Shown here: positions 17,618 through 25,372 of the stretch, piece by piece | How the letters are laid out: every line of letters starts with the position of its first letter | Numbering within the stretch: position 1 is the first letter of the stretch | NCBI GenBank assembly: GCA_038153405.1 | Contig: JAYOYH010000015.1 | Span: forward strand, 10,984-38,278 | Length of the DNA stretch: 27,295 nt | Source: Gemmatimonadota bacterium | GTDB taxonomy: Bacteria > Latescibacterota > UBA2968 > UBA8231 | Direction of reading: 5' to 3' | Program-made: the position numbers and the translations under genes | Notes under the pieces: model-generated | The model's database searches: none | Seen by the model: the letters and a program-made list of their open reading frames with translations, nothing else | What the model was told of the DNA's origin: nothing

Positions 17618-20600
17618 TTGGCTGATCTCGCGTCAGGCGTCTACGATGATATCGTAGACCTGTGTCTAAAGGAGGGCATTGACGGGCTGCAGGAGAAGCA
17701 TCTTCGCGCTCACCTGAGCGACGTCGACCCTGCGGATATCCCACAACGCATTGCCGGAATCATCGCGATCTGGGTCGCCCGGGCCTTGTCTGATCTTCCA
17801 GAAAAAGAGCGCACTGCCGGGGCCATCGAGCTAACGAAGCGTCTTTTGGACTTAGTTCGCGAAGTCTCACCTCAAGGGATCGACGCGGGAGATGGGCTGG
17901 CCATTCCGCTCAGGCGGCTGACGGCCATAGAAACCGTGGCACCCGATGGGAATACGCAGTCGATAGGGCGACCGCTGACGCCATTGCGGGACTCCGTGCT
18001 CATGACCAATGCGCGGGGCGAGCCGGGGGTGGGGCGTGAGCTCGCCGCCGAGGTCGAGTCGGCTGAGCGCATTGATGTAGTGTGTGCCTTCATTCGGTGG
18101 ACGGGCATTCGCGAGATGTTGCCGGCGTTACGCCGGCACGTGGCTTCGGGGCGCGTCCTGCGAATTATCACGACGGTGTATACGGGCACGACCGAGTTGC
18201 GGGCACTTGAGGCCCTGCAAGAGCTGGGAGCCCAGCTGCGCATTTCCTACGATATATCGAAGACCCGCCTGCACGCTAAAGCGTGGTTGTTTCACCGGTC
18301 CAACGGCCATTCTTCGGTCTATATTGGCTCATCTAACCTGACCTATTCGGCCCAGGTGACCGGGCTGGAATGGAATGTTCGTGCGTCACAGAAGGCCACC
18401 CCGACTGTGGTCGAAAAGTTTGAGGCGACGTTCGCCTCCTACTGGGCGAATGCACAGTTTGAGGATTTCGATCGCGATCGCTTCCTCAGGGCTATAGAGC
18501 GGGACGCGGGTGAGGTGATCGACCTGACGCCATTCGATATTGAGCCCTATCCCTTTCAGCGGCAAATGCTCGAGCAACTGCAAGTAGAGCGGTCGCGTGG
18601 CCGGCCGAACAATTTGGTTGTTGCTGCCACGGGAACGGGTAAGACGATATTGGCTGGCTTGGACTACAGAGCACTCCGGGAGTCGATGCCCCGTTCGCGG
18701 CTGCTCTTTATCGCCCACCGGCGAGAAATCCTCGAGCAGAGTAGGACCACTTTTCGCCATATCCTCAGAGATGGTGCGTTTGGTGAGTTGTGGGTAGCCG
18801 GGAAGCGACCGCAACACTGGGACCATGTATTTGCATCAATCCAGACACTGCATCGCAGTGAGTTGTCCCATGTCGCAGTCGGCCATTTCGACGTCGTCAT
18901 TGTCGATGAGTTTCACCATGCCGCCGCCGATTCCTACGAGGCCGTGCTGAGCTATCTGCAGCCGCAGTATTTGTTGGGGTTAACGGCCACACCAGAGCGC
19001 GCGGATGGCAAAGATATTCAACAATGGTTCGGGGGACGGACAGCCGTTGAACTACGACTATGGGATGCGTTGGAGCAGGAACTGCTCTCGCCATTTCACT
19101 ACTTCGGTATTCATGACGGCACCGATCTGAGCGGACTCACCTGGCGGCGAGGGGCGGGATATGATGTAGGCGAGCTTACCAATATTTATACGGCCAATGA
19201 CATGTGGGCCGCGATGGTGCTGCAGGCGGTGCAGGATAAGGTGGGGTCGCCGCATCTGATGAAGGCACTGGGATTCTGTGTCAGTATAGCCCACGCGCGA
19301 TTTATGGCGAAGAAGTTCGAGGCGGCCGGTTTGAAGGCAGTCGCAGTAACGTCGGCTACTTCTGCAACTGAACGAGACAACGCGTTGTCGGGGCTGCGCG
19401 ACGGTCAGCTGCAGGTGTTGTTTACGGTCGACCTATTTAACGAAGGGGTGGACATACCTGCTATAGATACCGTGCTGATGCTGCGCCCGACTGAGAGTGC
19501 CACGATTTTCCTACAGCAACTGGGACGAGGCCTGCGTCGAACGCACGGCAAAGACGTGTTGACCGTCCTCGACTTCGTCGGTCATCAGCGGGCAGAGTTT
19601 CGCTTCGATTTGCGCTATCGACGGCTTTTAGGGCGAAGTCGGAAGGAACTGGAGTCCGATATCGAGCAGGGCTTCCCCTATTTGCCGGCCGGATGCCATT
19701 TGGAGCTGGACCCGGTGGCCAGTCGTATTGTGTTGGCCAATATCAAGGCATCGCTGCCATCGACGTGGAGGCGGCGCGTAGAAGAACTGCGTGAACTCGG
19801 CGATGTGACGTTGCAAGCATATCTCGAAGAAACCAACCTCGACCTCGAAGACCTTTACCGGAACCGCCGCTACTGGACGCAGCTTAGGAGAGCGGCCGGC
19901 CACATATCTGCGGAATTGCTCGATGGCGAAGGAAAATTCGGACCGGGATTGGGAAGATTGGCGCACATCGACGACGAAGAGCGACTCAGATTTCTGCGTG
20001 CGCTGTTGGCCGACGGGCAGCGACCTATAGTTAAAAGCTTTGACCTTCGCGCATCGCGCCAACTTCACATGGTCTTATTGACCATACTGAACCCGAGGAA
20101 AGGCATTTACAATACACTTCAGGAAGGAGTCGATGCGTTGTGGGCCCATGCCCAGTTGATAGCTGAGGGGAGAGATTTACTGGATGCATTGGACGATCAC
20201 GTTGTGCACTTACAGCAGCCCTTAGTAGACTTGGGCGATATACCGCTGTGGGTCCATGCCCACTATACGCGAGACGAGATACTCGCGTCCTTTGGCATCG
20301 CCACGGTGATAGCGCCGCATCCGTTGCAGGCGGGTGTCTATTGGCACGAGCAAACTAAGACGGATTTGCTTTTTGTGACGTTGCAGAAGGCTGAAAAGGA
20401 CTTTTCACCGACGACGCGCTATAAGGATTACGCTATCAGCGAAACCCTATTTCACTGGGAAAGCCAGTCGACGACATCGCAGGACAGTGAAACGGGACAG
20501 CGATATTTGCACCATCGCGAGAAGGGGACACGGGTCCTGCTTTTTGTGCGCACCAGTAAGACGGATGGAGCTGGTCGGACGCTGCCGTATTTCTGTGCCG

Positions 20601-20713
20601 GTTTTGCCAACTACGTCAGTCATGAGTCCGATCGGCCGATAGCGATTACCTGGGAATTGGAAGTGCCGTTGCCTGGGGATCGGTTCGTTGAGTATCGGGC
20701 CGCAGTGGCATAG
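17618..20713 (+). CDS. SauUSI-like PLD nuclease + SF2 helicase + DUF3427 protein (putative type IV, modification-dependent restriction enzyme)
   Basis: PLD motif LHAKAW...YIGSSNLT. Walker A AATGTGKT, motif II DEFHH, motif III TATPER, LFNEGVDIP, motif VI QQLGRGLR. C-terminal DUF3427-type FVTLQK...YKDYAISETLFHWESQS...LFVR. The TTG start directly follows the TGA of the ARH gene, with GAGG upstream. Confidence 0.9.
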   Translation: MADLASGVYDDIVDLCLKEGIDGLQEKHLRAHLSDVDPADIPQRIAGIIAIWVARALSDLPEKERTAGAIELTKRLLDLVREVSPQGIDAGDGLAIPLRRLTAIETVAPDGNTQSIGRPLTPLRDSVLMTNARGEPGVGRELAAEVESAERIDVVCAFIRWTGIREMLPALRRHVASGRVLRIITTVYTGTTELRALEALQELGAQLRISYDISKTRLHAKAWLFHRSNGHSSVYIGSSNLTYSAQVTGLEWNVRASQKATPTVVEKFEATFASYWANAQFEDFDRDRFLRAIERDAGEVIDLTPFDIEPYPFQRQMLEQLQVERSRGRPNNLVVAATGTGKTILAGLDYRALRESMPRSRLLFIAHRREILEQSRTTFRHILRDGAFGELWVAGKRPQHWDHVFASIQTLHRSELSHVAVGHFDVVIVDEFHHAAADSYEAVLSYLQPQYLLGLTATPERADGKDIQQWFGGRTAVELRLWDALEQELLSPFHYFGIHDGTDLSGLTWRRGAGYDVGELTNIYTANDMWAAMVLQAVQDKVGSPHLMKALGFCVSIAHARFMAKKFEAAGLKAVAVTSATSATERDNALSGLRDGQLQVLFTVDLFNEGVDIPAIDTVLMLRPTESATIFLQQLGRGLRRTHGKDVLTVLDFVGHQRAEFRFDLRYRRLLGRSRKELESDIEQGFPYLPAGCHLELDPVASRIVLANIKASLPSTWRRRVEELRELGDVTLQAYLEETNLDLEDLYRNRRYWTQLRRAAGHISAELLDGEGKFGPGLGRLAHIDDEERLRFLRALLADGQRPIVKSFDLRASRQLHMVLLTILNPRKGIYNTLQEGVDALWAHAQLIAEGRDLLDALDDHVVHLQQPLVDLGDIPLWVHAHYTRDEILASFGIATVIAPHPLQAGVYWHEQTKTDLLFVTLQKAEKDFSPTTRYKDYAISETLFHWESQSTTSQDSETGQRYLHHREKGTRVLLFVRTSKTDGAGRTLPYFCAGFANYVSHESDRPIAITWELEVPLPGDRFVEYRAAVA

Positions 20714-20797
20714 ACGCCAATCTGATCCATGAAAACCGAAATTTGTTTATCGCTATTGTCAACTTAATAAATGACGTTACGCCCGTAGAGCCGCCAT

Positions 20798-21745
20798 ATG
20801 CAACATAGTAAGCAGCACTATGTGCCCAAGAGCTACCTTGAGTCGTGGTGTGATCCGGACTGCCCGGAGCAGATGGAACCTTATGTCTGGACTTTCAACG
20901 AGGACGGCAGCAGTAGCAAGAAGAAGGCTCCAAAAAATATCTTTTACGAGAAGGACATGTATACCATAAAGGGCAAGGACGGGGAGCGCGATTTGAGCAT
21001 CGAACATTCCCTCTCCAGCCTTGAGGGGGCCTTCACTGGCATCCGCGATAATAAGCTCGCCAAGCGGAAGATACTCGAACCTGAGGAGCAGCTCATCGTC
21101 TGTGCTTTCATAGCAGCCATGAAGGCTCGGAGCGCCAGCCATCGGGATCACTGGCAAAACCAATGGGGAAACGTTCTTGGAAAAATGGAACACATGAACG
21201 AACAGTTTAACAAAATGCCAGTTGAGCAGCGGAAGAAATTGACCTCACTGACGCCTCCCAGGCTCCCAGGCGACCCAGCCCCCATGACCATGAGGGACAT
21301 GCGCGAGCTATCCACGTCACATTTACAGATAAACCTTATGTCTGAAATCGGGATGATGTCTCACGCTTTCATGAGTCTGGATATGGCCATATTCAACACC
21401 GATGGGCAACCAGGCTTTATTACCTCAGATGATCCTTGCGTTTTTTATGACCCTGAAATACATAAGCTACCGCGCTGGATGCAGACCCCGCATCTTGGTA
21501 GTGCAACGATTGAGATCGGCCTACCAATCTCGCCAAGTCAATATATCCTTCTAAACAGGCAGGGTATCAACGGCCATATAGATATGCAAGAGTCCTTACT
21601 TGCGGAGGAACTCAATAAGCGCACTCGTTTCAGCGCCTACAAGGAGTTCGTCGTATCGCAGGACGTGGCTAAGGATGAATGGTTCGATACAAGCATCCCA
21701 CCTGAAGAGAGCGAGGACTCCGGTCAGACAAATGAGACCAGATAG
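20798..21745 (+). CDS. DUF4238 domain protein (family includes a single-gene anti-phage system)
   Basis: N-terminal QHYVPKSYL, NIFYEKDMY, IEHSLSSLE, FITSDDP and LPISP are the usual DUF4238 signature motifs. Confidence 0.85.
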   Translation: MQHSKQHYVPKSYLESWCDPDCPEQMEPYVWTFNEDGSSSKKKAPKNIFYEKDMYTIKGKDGERDLSIEHSLSSLEGAFTGIRDNKLAKRKILEPEEQLIVCAFIAAMKARSASHRDHWQNQWGNVLGKMEHMNEQFNKMPVEQRKKLTSLTPPRLPGDPAPMTMRDMRELSTSHLQINLMSEIGMMSHAFMSLDMAIFNTDGQPGFITSDDPCVFYDPEIHKLPRWMQTPHLGSATIEIGLPISPSQYILLNRQGINGHIDMQESLLAEELNKRTRFSAYKEFVVSQDVAKDEWFDTSIPPEESEDSGQTNETR

Positions 21746-21868
21746 TTTGACAGACCCCCTTGAACCTACACATTGGGCCTTTAGAATCAGCTTATCAAGA
21801 AGGGAATACCAATGAGTCGCTATGCACTCTCACTTTGAGTAGACCAACGCGTATCCTACAGGAATTTC

Positions 21869-22375
21869 ATGAAATCAGATAGCTTCAGAAGACTCGTGGA
21901 TTTTTATCAACTGCTTTGTAAGGAACATCCCAGCGAGCGGGTCCTTGAACAATTTTCCAAGTATATAAGAGATTGGTCTGCAAACCAGAAGTCGGAAGAC
22001 ATTGAATATGTTAAGTGTGAGTTGCCATTTCTATTTGATAGGGGTCAAAGCGGGGGCAGGTGCAGGACGTCCGACGCAAAAAGAGACCTTCAAAGACTCT
22101 TCCATATATATCATTTGCTTTGCATAGACCGACCGCGCGATCAAAGGGTTATGGCAATATTCGAAGACATTGTTGAAGATGAATACGAATCTCTGACCAT
22201 AGAGGAACGCGTTTTCTGCGAGGGTGGATTTTCCCAGTTCCAACAACTGAAAGCGTTTACGCCTGCGGAATTTTGGCAATGGGATATGATACGGAGGAAA
22301 GAGAATAGTCAGCGCATGGAACAATTAGAGCACCGGTTAAAGGGAAGCAAAAATGAGACTTCGTCTGATGACTGA
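21869..22375 (+). CDS. Hypothetical helical protein with an internal duplication
   Basis: 168 aa with AGGA upstream of the ATG. Two copies of RLxxxYxLLCxxxP(x2-3)RVxxxF support it being real coding sequence. Confidence 0.72.
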   Translation: MKSDSFRRLVDFYQLLCKEHPSERVLEQFSKYIRDWSANQKSEDIEYVKCELPFLFDRGQSGGRCRTSDAKRDLQRLFHIYHLLCIDRPRDQRVMAIFEDIVEDEYESLTIEERVFCEGGFSQFQQLKAFTPAEFWQWDMIRRKENSQRMEQLEHRLKGSKNETSSDD

Positions 22376-22469
22376 AGGTGCGGTGTTGCCGTCTTTAGAA
22401 ATATAAGACGTGCAGCCGCTTGCAAGCGAAGAGCCAGAATAGAGGCGTTGCGTCATCCAGAGGGTATAG

Positions 22470-22790
22470 ACTGAAACCGGTCAGCACCGGGAAGCAGGAC
22501 GAACCAAAGGTTTTCCGCGTCACTTTTTCAACTTTTTGCATAAACTCGGTGCCGGACAAGGTCTTCCTTTCGGCTTAGAGCACGGCTTCCTTAACGGTGC
22601 ACATCGACAGTTAGTTATTGATCGCAGGGAAGTTCTGGATATGATGGATGCACTGTTTAGCCAGCGGAATAGTTACGCCCACGGGAAAGTGCGCAGCTCT
22701 TCAGATGAGAGCGCCTGTGGTAGGGCAATGGATCATAGGAGGCAAAGCCAGCAGGTGCTACAGTTATTGACCGAACTTAAAAACTCCTAA
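22470..22790 (+). pseudogene. Probable remnant of a HEPN-domain gene
   Basis: The frame is open from 22470 to 22790 but is preceded by in-frame TAG stops (22467-22469, 22440-22442) and has no well-supported start or ribosome-binding site. It contains LFSQRNSYAHG, an RxxxxH HEPN-type motif at 22665-22682 in a helical context. Confidence 0.42.
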
Positions 22791-22901
22791 TCTATCGTCA
22801 TTGAGATCTTCTATTTTTTGGTATCATATTGATGCGAAATAATACATAGATATTGGGCATGAATAACTGTATTGGAAACGTGTTTTTGTTGCACATATTT
22901 C

Positions 22902-22930
22902 TTGCTTTCGAGATTGATTATTCGTAGTTT
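22902..22930 (+). promoter_or_regulatory. Candidate sigma70 promoter
   Basis: TTGCTT (22902-22907), 17-nt spacer, TAGTTT (22925-22930) in an AT-rich region. A second extended -10 candidate, TGgTATCAT, is at 22819-22827. Confidence 0.45.
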
Positions 22931-22994
22931 ATAAACAAGCAAAAGTGGTGATTTGCGGTCTATTGCCGCCACTCAAAATAAGGTGCTAAAAAAG

Positions 22995-23089
22995 CCACCC
23001 GAACGAATTTAACCCGGGCCTTTGGCTCGGGTTTTTTCTTTTTGGCCCTGGTGCGCACTTAGCTGCCAGGGTCTTTTTCGTTTGGGTGG
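22995..23089 (+). ncRNA. Candidate structured RNA (three-way junction containing two terminator-like hairpins)
   Basis: A 13-bp outer stem (22995-23007/23077-23089) encloses a 10-bp hairpin (23011-23033) with a U-tract and an 8-bp-or-longer hairpin (23044-23073) with a U-tract. Each stem has a G-U pair that works only on the + strand. Confidence 0.5.
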
Positions 23090-23123
23090 GGCCGCCTCAC
23101 GTTATACCGAGAGGAGCCTCAAA

Positions 23124-23477
23124 ATGAGCTCGATACTCCCACCCAACGTCATCGACTTTGTCGACGTAATCAACCAGAAAGCAAAGGGTGATCCTCCTGC
23201 TTGCTATATGGTAAACGGTTCCAGAGAGTCGCAGAAAAGTGCCGCCATTGTGCGACCCAAGGATGACAAGCAGGACACCTCGAGAGGAAAGAAGACGAAG
23301 TTCGAACGTATGAGAGAAATCTGCAAGGAAACGGGCGGCATATTCGCCAACGACTTTCCCGATCACCCGATCTGGAAGGAAGGATATACCATCACCTTTG
23401 GTGGCAGGACATCTCGTTTACGTGAAACGGATGCCGCTTCTGACAGCAGCGAGACGTCCCACGACAGCACCGACTGA
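23124..23477 (+). CDS. Hypothetical protein (117 aa)
   Basis: Strong Shine-Dalgarno GAGGAG at 23111-23116 before ATG 23124 (MSSILPPNVIDF). The track's TTG start at 23022 lies inside the hairpin region and is unlikely. Confidence 0.6.
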   Translation: MSSILPPNVIDFVDVINQKAKGDPPACYMVNGSRESQKSAAIVRPKDDKQDTSRGKKTKFERMREICKETGGIFANDFPDHPIWKEGYTITFGGRTSRLRETDAASDSSETSHDSTD

Positions 23478-23602
23478 AGAGCCGAGCTAATCGGATAGAC
23501 AGTTGTTGTCGAGCTGACTGAGAAGACGCCACGCCAGCAGTCTTATATCGGTAACCCGATCACATTCAGACAAACAAAAAACAAATCGCATAAGAGGACA
23601 TC

Positions 23603-24382
23603 ATGGACAAAGCCGTTTTAGATCTCAAAAATCAAGGTAATATTACTGAATTTTTAAATCATTCAGAGTGGGAAAACTGGAGCGTTTCTACCCTCAAAAC
23701 AGAGCTTATTAAAAAGATAGAATTTTATGAAAGCAATAGACCTATCAGCGGGTATATTGATTCGGTGGTGAAGGGTATGCAGAGAAACGAAGCAACTCGG
23801 ATGAGAGAGATACTACCCATCATCGATGCAATGTCGGAATTGGCTCTTGAAGAAAATAAAATGGTTCGATTTCCACGAGAGAGAATCCAGAGAGGTATAC
23901 CGTTCGGCCCCCGAGTAAATCTCGACCTTCCGTGGCAGACCGTATTTTCCAAATCTTCATTAGGTCCGTCTACTTTTTTCGTTCGCGATACAAAGTCTCT
24001 TTATAGGTGGGAATATGCTCATCTCGCATGGGAAAACATCCTTTTAGTGTGCAAGAGTATGGGGCTACCTGGAGGCACGGTAAACAGCGACTCGCCTGGG
24101 GGTGTTGCTGCCACCTATAGGAGATATGCTTTCATAGATGGAGGGTTTGTTAGCAAGGAAGGGAATTACTTCTATGGGTCTAAAGGATCGTGGGTTATAG
24201 GGAGAAAGGCACTGAGATATATTTGTTACGAGCTAAGCTTAACCCAACCAAGGCGATTCCCCGATGAACAAAAGATACCTACACACATTGACTTAAAAGA
24301 TGAGATTTTTGATCAAAAGAAAAAATACCGCCACATATTAGAAGAGCGTCTAATAGAATTTGAAAGACGGTTTCGTATCTAA
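23603..24382 (+). CDS. Hypothetical protein (259 aa)
   Basis: Long AT-rich ORF with AAGAGG before the ATG. No family recognised. Confidence 0.78.
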   Translation: MDKAVLDLKNQGNITEFLNHSEWENWSVSTLKTELIKKIEFYESNRPISGYIDSVVKGMQRNEATRMREILPIIDAMSELALEENKMVRFPRERIQRGIPFGPRVNLDLPWQTVFSKSSLGPSTFFVRDTKSLYRWEYAHLAWENILLVCKSMGLPGGTVNSDSPGGVAATYRRYAFIDGGFVSKEGNYFYGSKGSWVIGRKALRYICYELSLTQPRRFPDEQKIPTHIDLKDEIFDQKKKYRHILEERLIEFERRFRI

Positions 24383-24528
24383 AGCTCGGTTGTGGAACCG
24401 AATCGTAGAGATGGAGACGGAGGAGACCCCAAGGTCCAGGGAAGGGGCATTCGCCATCTGGGGTATTAACCCCGCAGCAAGGGCGACGGCAGATCGCATC
24501 TGACTGCCACTATGAAAGCTGATATAAT

Positions 24529-24822
24529 ATGGATTCGGTGGAACACCTACTGAATTATTGTCGCGAAGAGGGCCGGATCTGTCCCAAACCTCAACAGTGG
24601 GATCGGATGTATCAGATGCTGCCTAATCGACAACGGGTAGGAGGAGTCTGGGAGCCGCCAGTGCCGCTGATATTAGCCGGGTGGTGGGCAAGCTCAAATA
24701 GAGATAAAGCCAGTCGCTTAGGTGAGCACATTAAGTGGGCTATAGAGCATGATGCGTTGGGTGAAATCTCAGCATTCCTAAGCAGCTTAGACGAGTCGGA
24801 CTGGCACCACATAGGCGAATAG
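24529..24822 (+). CDS. Conserved small hypothetical protein (RICPxP..W...PPxPLILAxW type)
   Basis: 97 aa. The pattern RICPKPQQWDRMYQMLP...PPVPLILAGWW...K..RL.EHI.WA..H...L..L.E.DWHH resembles a widespread uncharacterised bacterial family as I recall it; not checked by search. Confidence 0.8.
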   Translation: MDSVEHLLNYCREEGRICPKPQQWDRMYQMLPNRQRVGGVWEPPVPLILAGWWASSNRDKASRLGEHIKWAIEHDALGEISAFLSSLDESDWHHIGE

Positions 24823-25041
24823 GCAGTTTTGCCGTCCATCCGAGAAAGCCAGCCAGGTTTTTTCCAGCAGGATTGCTCATTCGGGAGACACAGGTTGAAA
24901 CTGGTCAGCACCAGGTAGCAATACAAACCATAGTGCGAAGTGTGTGCATTTAGTAGTGTCCGCACCTTCGGCACCATTGAATACGAACACGGATATGCCG
25001 CTTGTGCTCTCTTGTGCAGTGTGGGTGCGGCGCCACGCGTG

Positions 25042-25087
25042 AAAAAAGCCTATGCCATCTCTAACCGAGTGGCGATCGGCTTTTTTT
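25042..25087. terminator. Probable bidirectional intrinsic terminator
   Basis: AAAAAAGCC...GGCTTTTTTT flanks an interrupted stem (GCCA/TGGC, CTC/GAG). It lies between convergent genes. Confidence 0.55.
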
Positions 25088-25221
25088 GTGCGCAATATGC
25101 GCTGACCAGCACAGCATATCCGTCGATTTAGTTTCTTATCAATGCGTCCATTTATAGTTACGTTCTTGAGGAACCTAACATTGCAGAGAGGGATCGCGTT
25201 TTAACTGAGTTGGAGCGATCG

Positions 25222-25270
25222 GTACAACAAGAGGGAGCGGCCTTTAACGGTTTGCTCCCTCTTGTTGTAC
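25222..25270. repeat. Perfect 17-bp inverted repeat with a 15-nt spacer
   Basis: GTACAACAAGAGGGAGC (25222-25238) and GCTCCCTCTTGTTGTAC (25254-25270). Confidence 0.92.
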
Positions 25271-25372
25271 GGGCACCCGGGCCCGCGATGCGTTTTCGCC
25301 GAAGCACGAGACCTAACTGCGCGGAGGCGGAGCCAGGACTCTGTGACGGAACCTACTGCTGCGAAGGGTTAG

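Noticed and set aside
24386..24510. Cluster of short hairpins (TCGGTT/AACCGA, GGGGT/ACCCC, CAGAT/ATCTG) suggesting a ribozyme or riboswitch
   Set aside because: The stems are only 5-6 bp in GC-rich sequence, and I could not match the conserved core of any known RNA family.
25318..25360. tRNA 3'-end/attachment-site remnant (minus strand GGTTC...GAGTCC...)
   Set aside because: The T-loop is interrupted by 7 extra nt, the T-stem pairs poorly, and there is no CCA end or cloverleaf.
8493..25372. CRISPR array, transposase or integrase
   Set aside because: I saw no regularly spaced short repeats with unique spacers, and no DDE, tyrosine or serine recombinase ORF.
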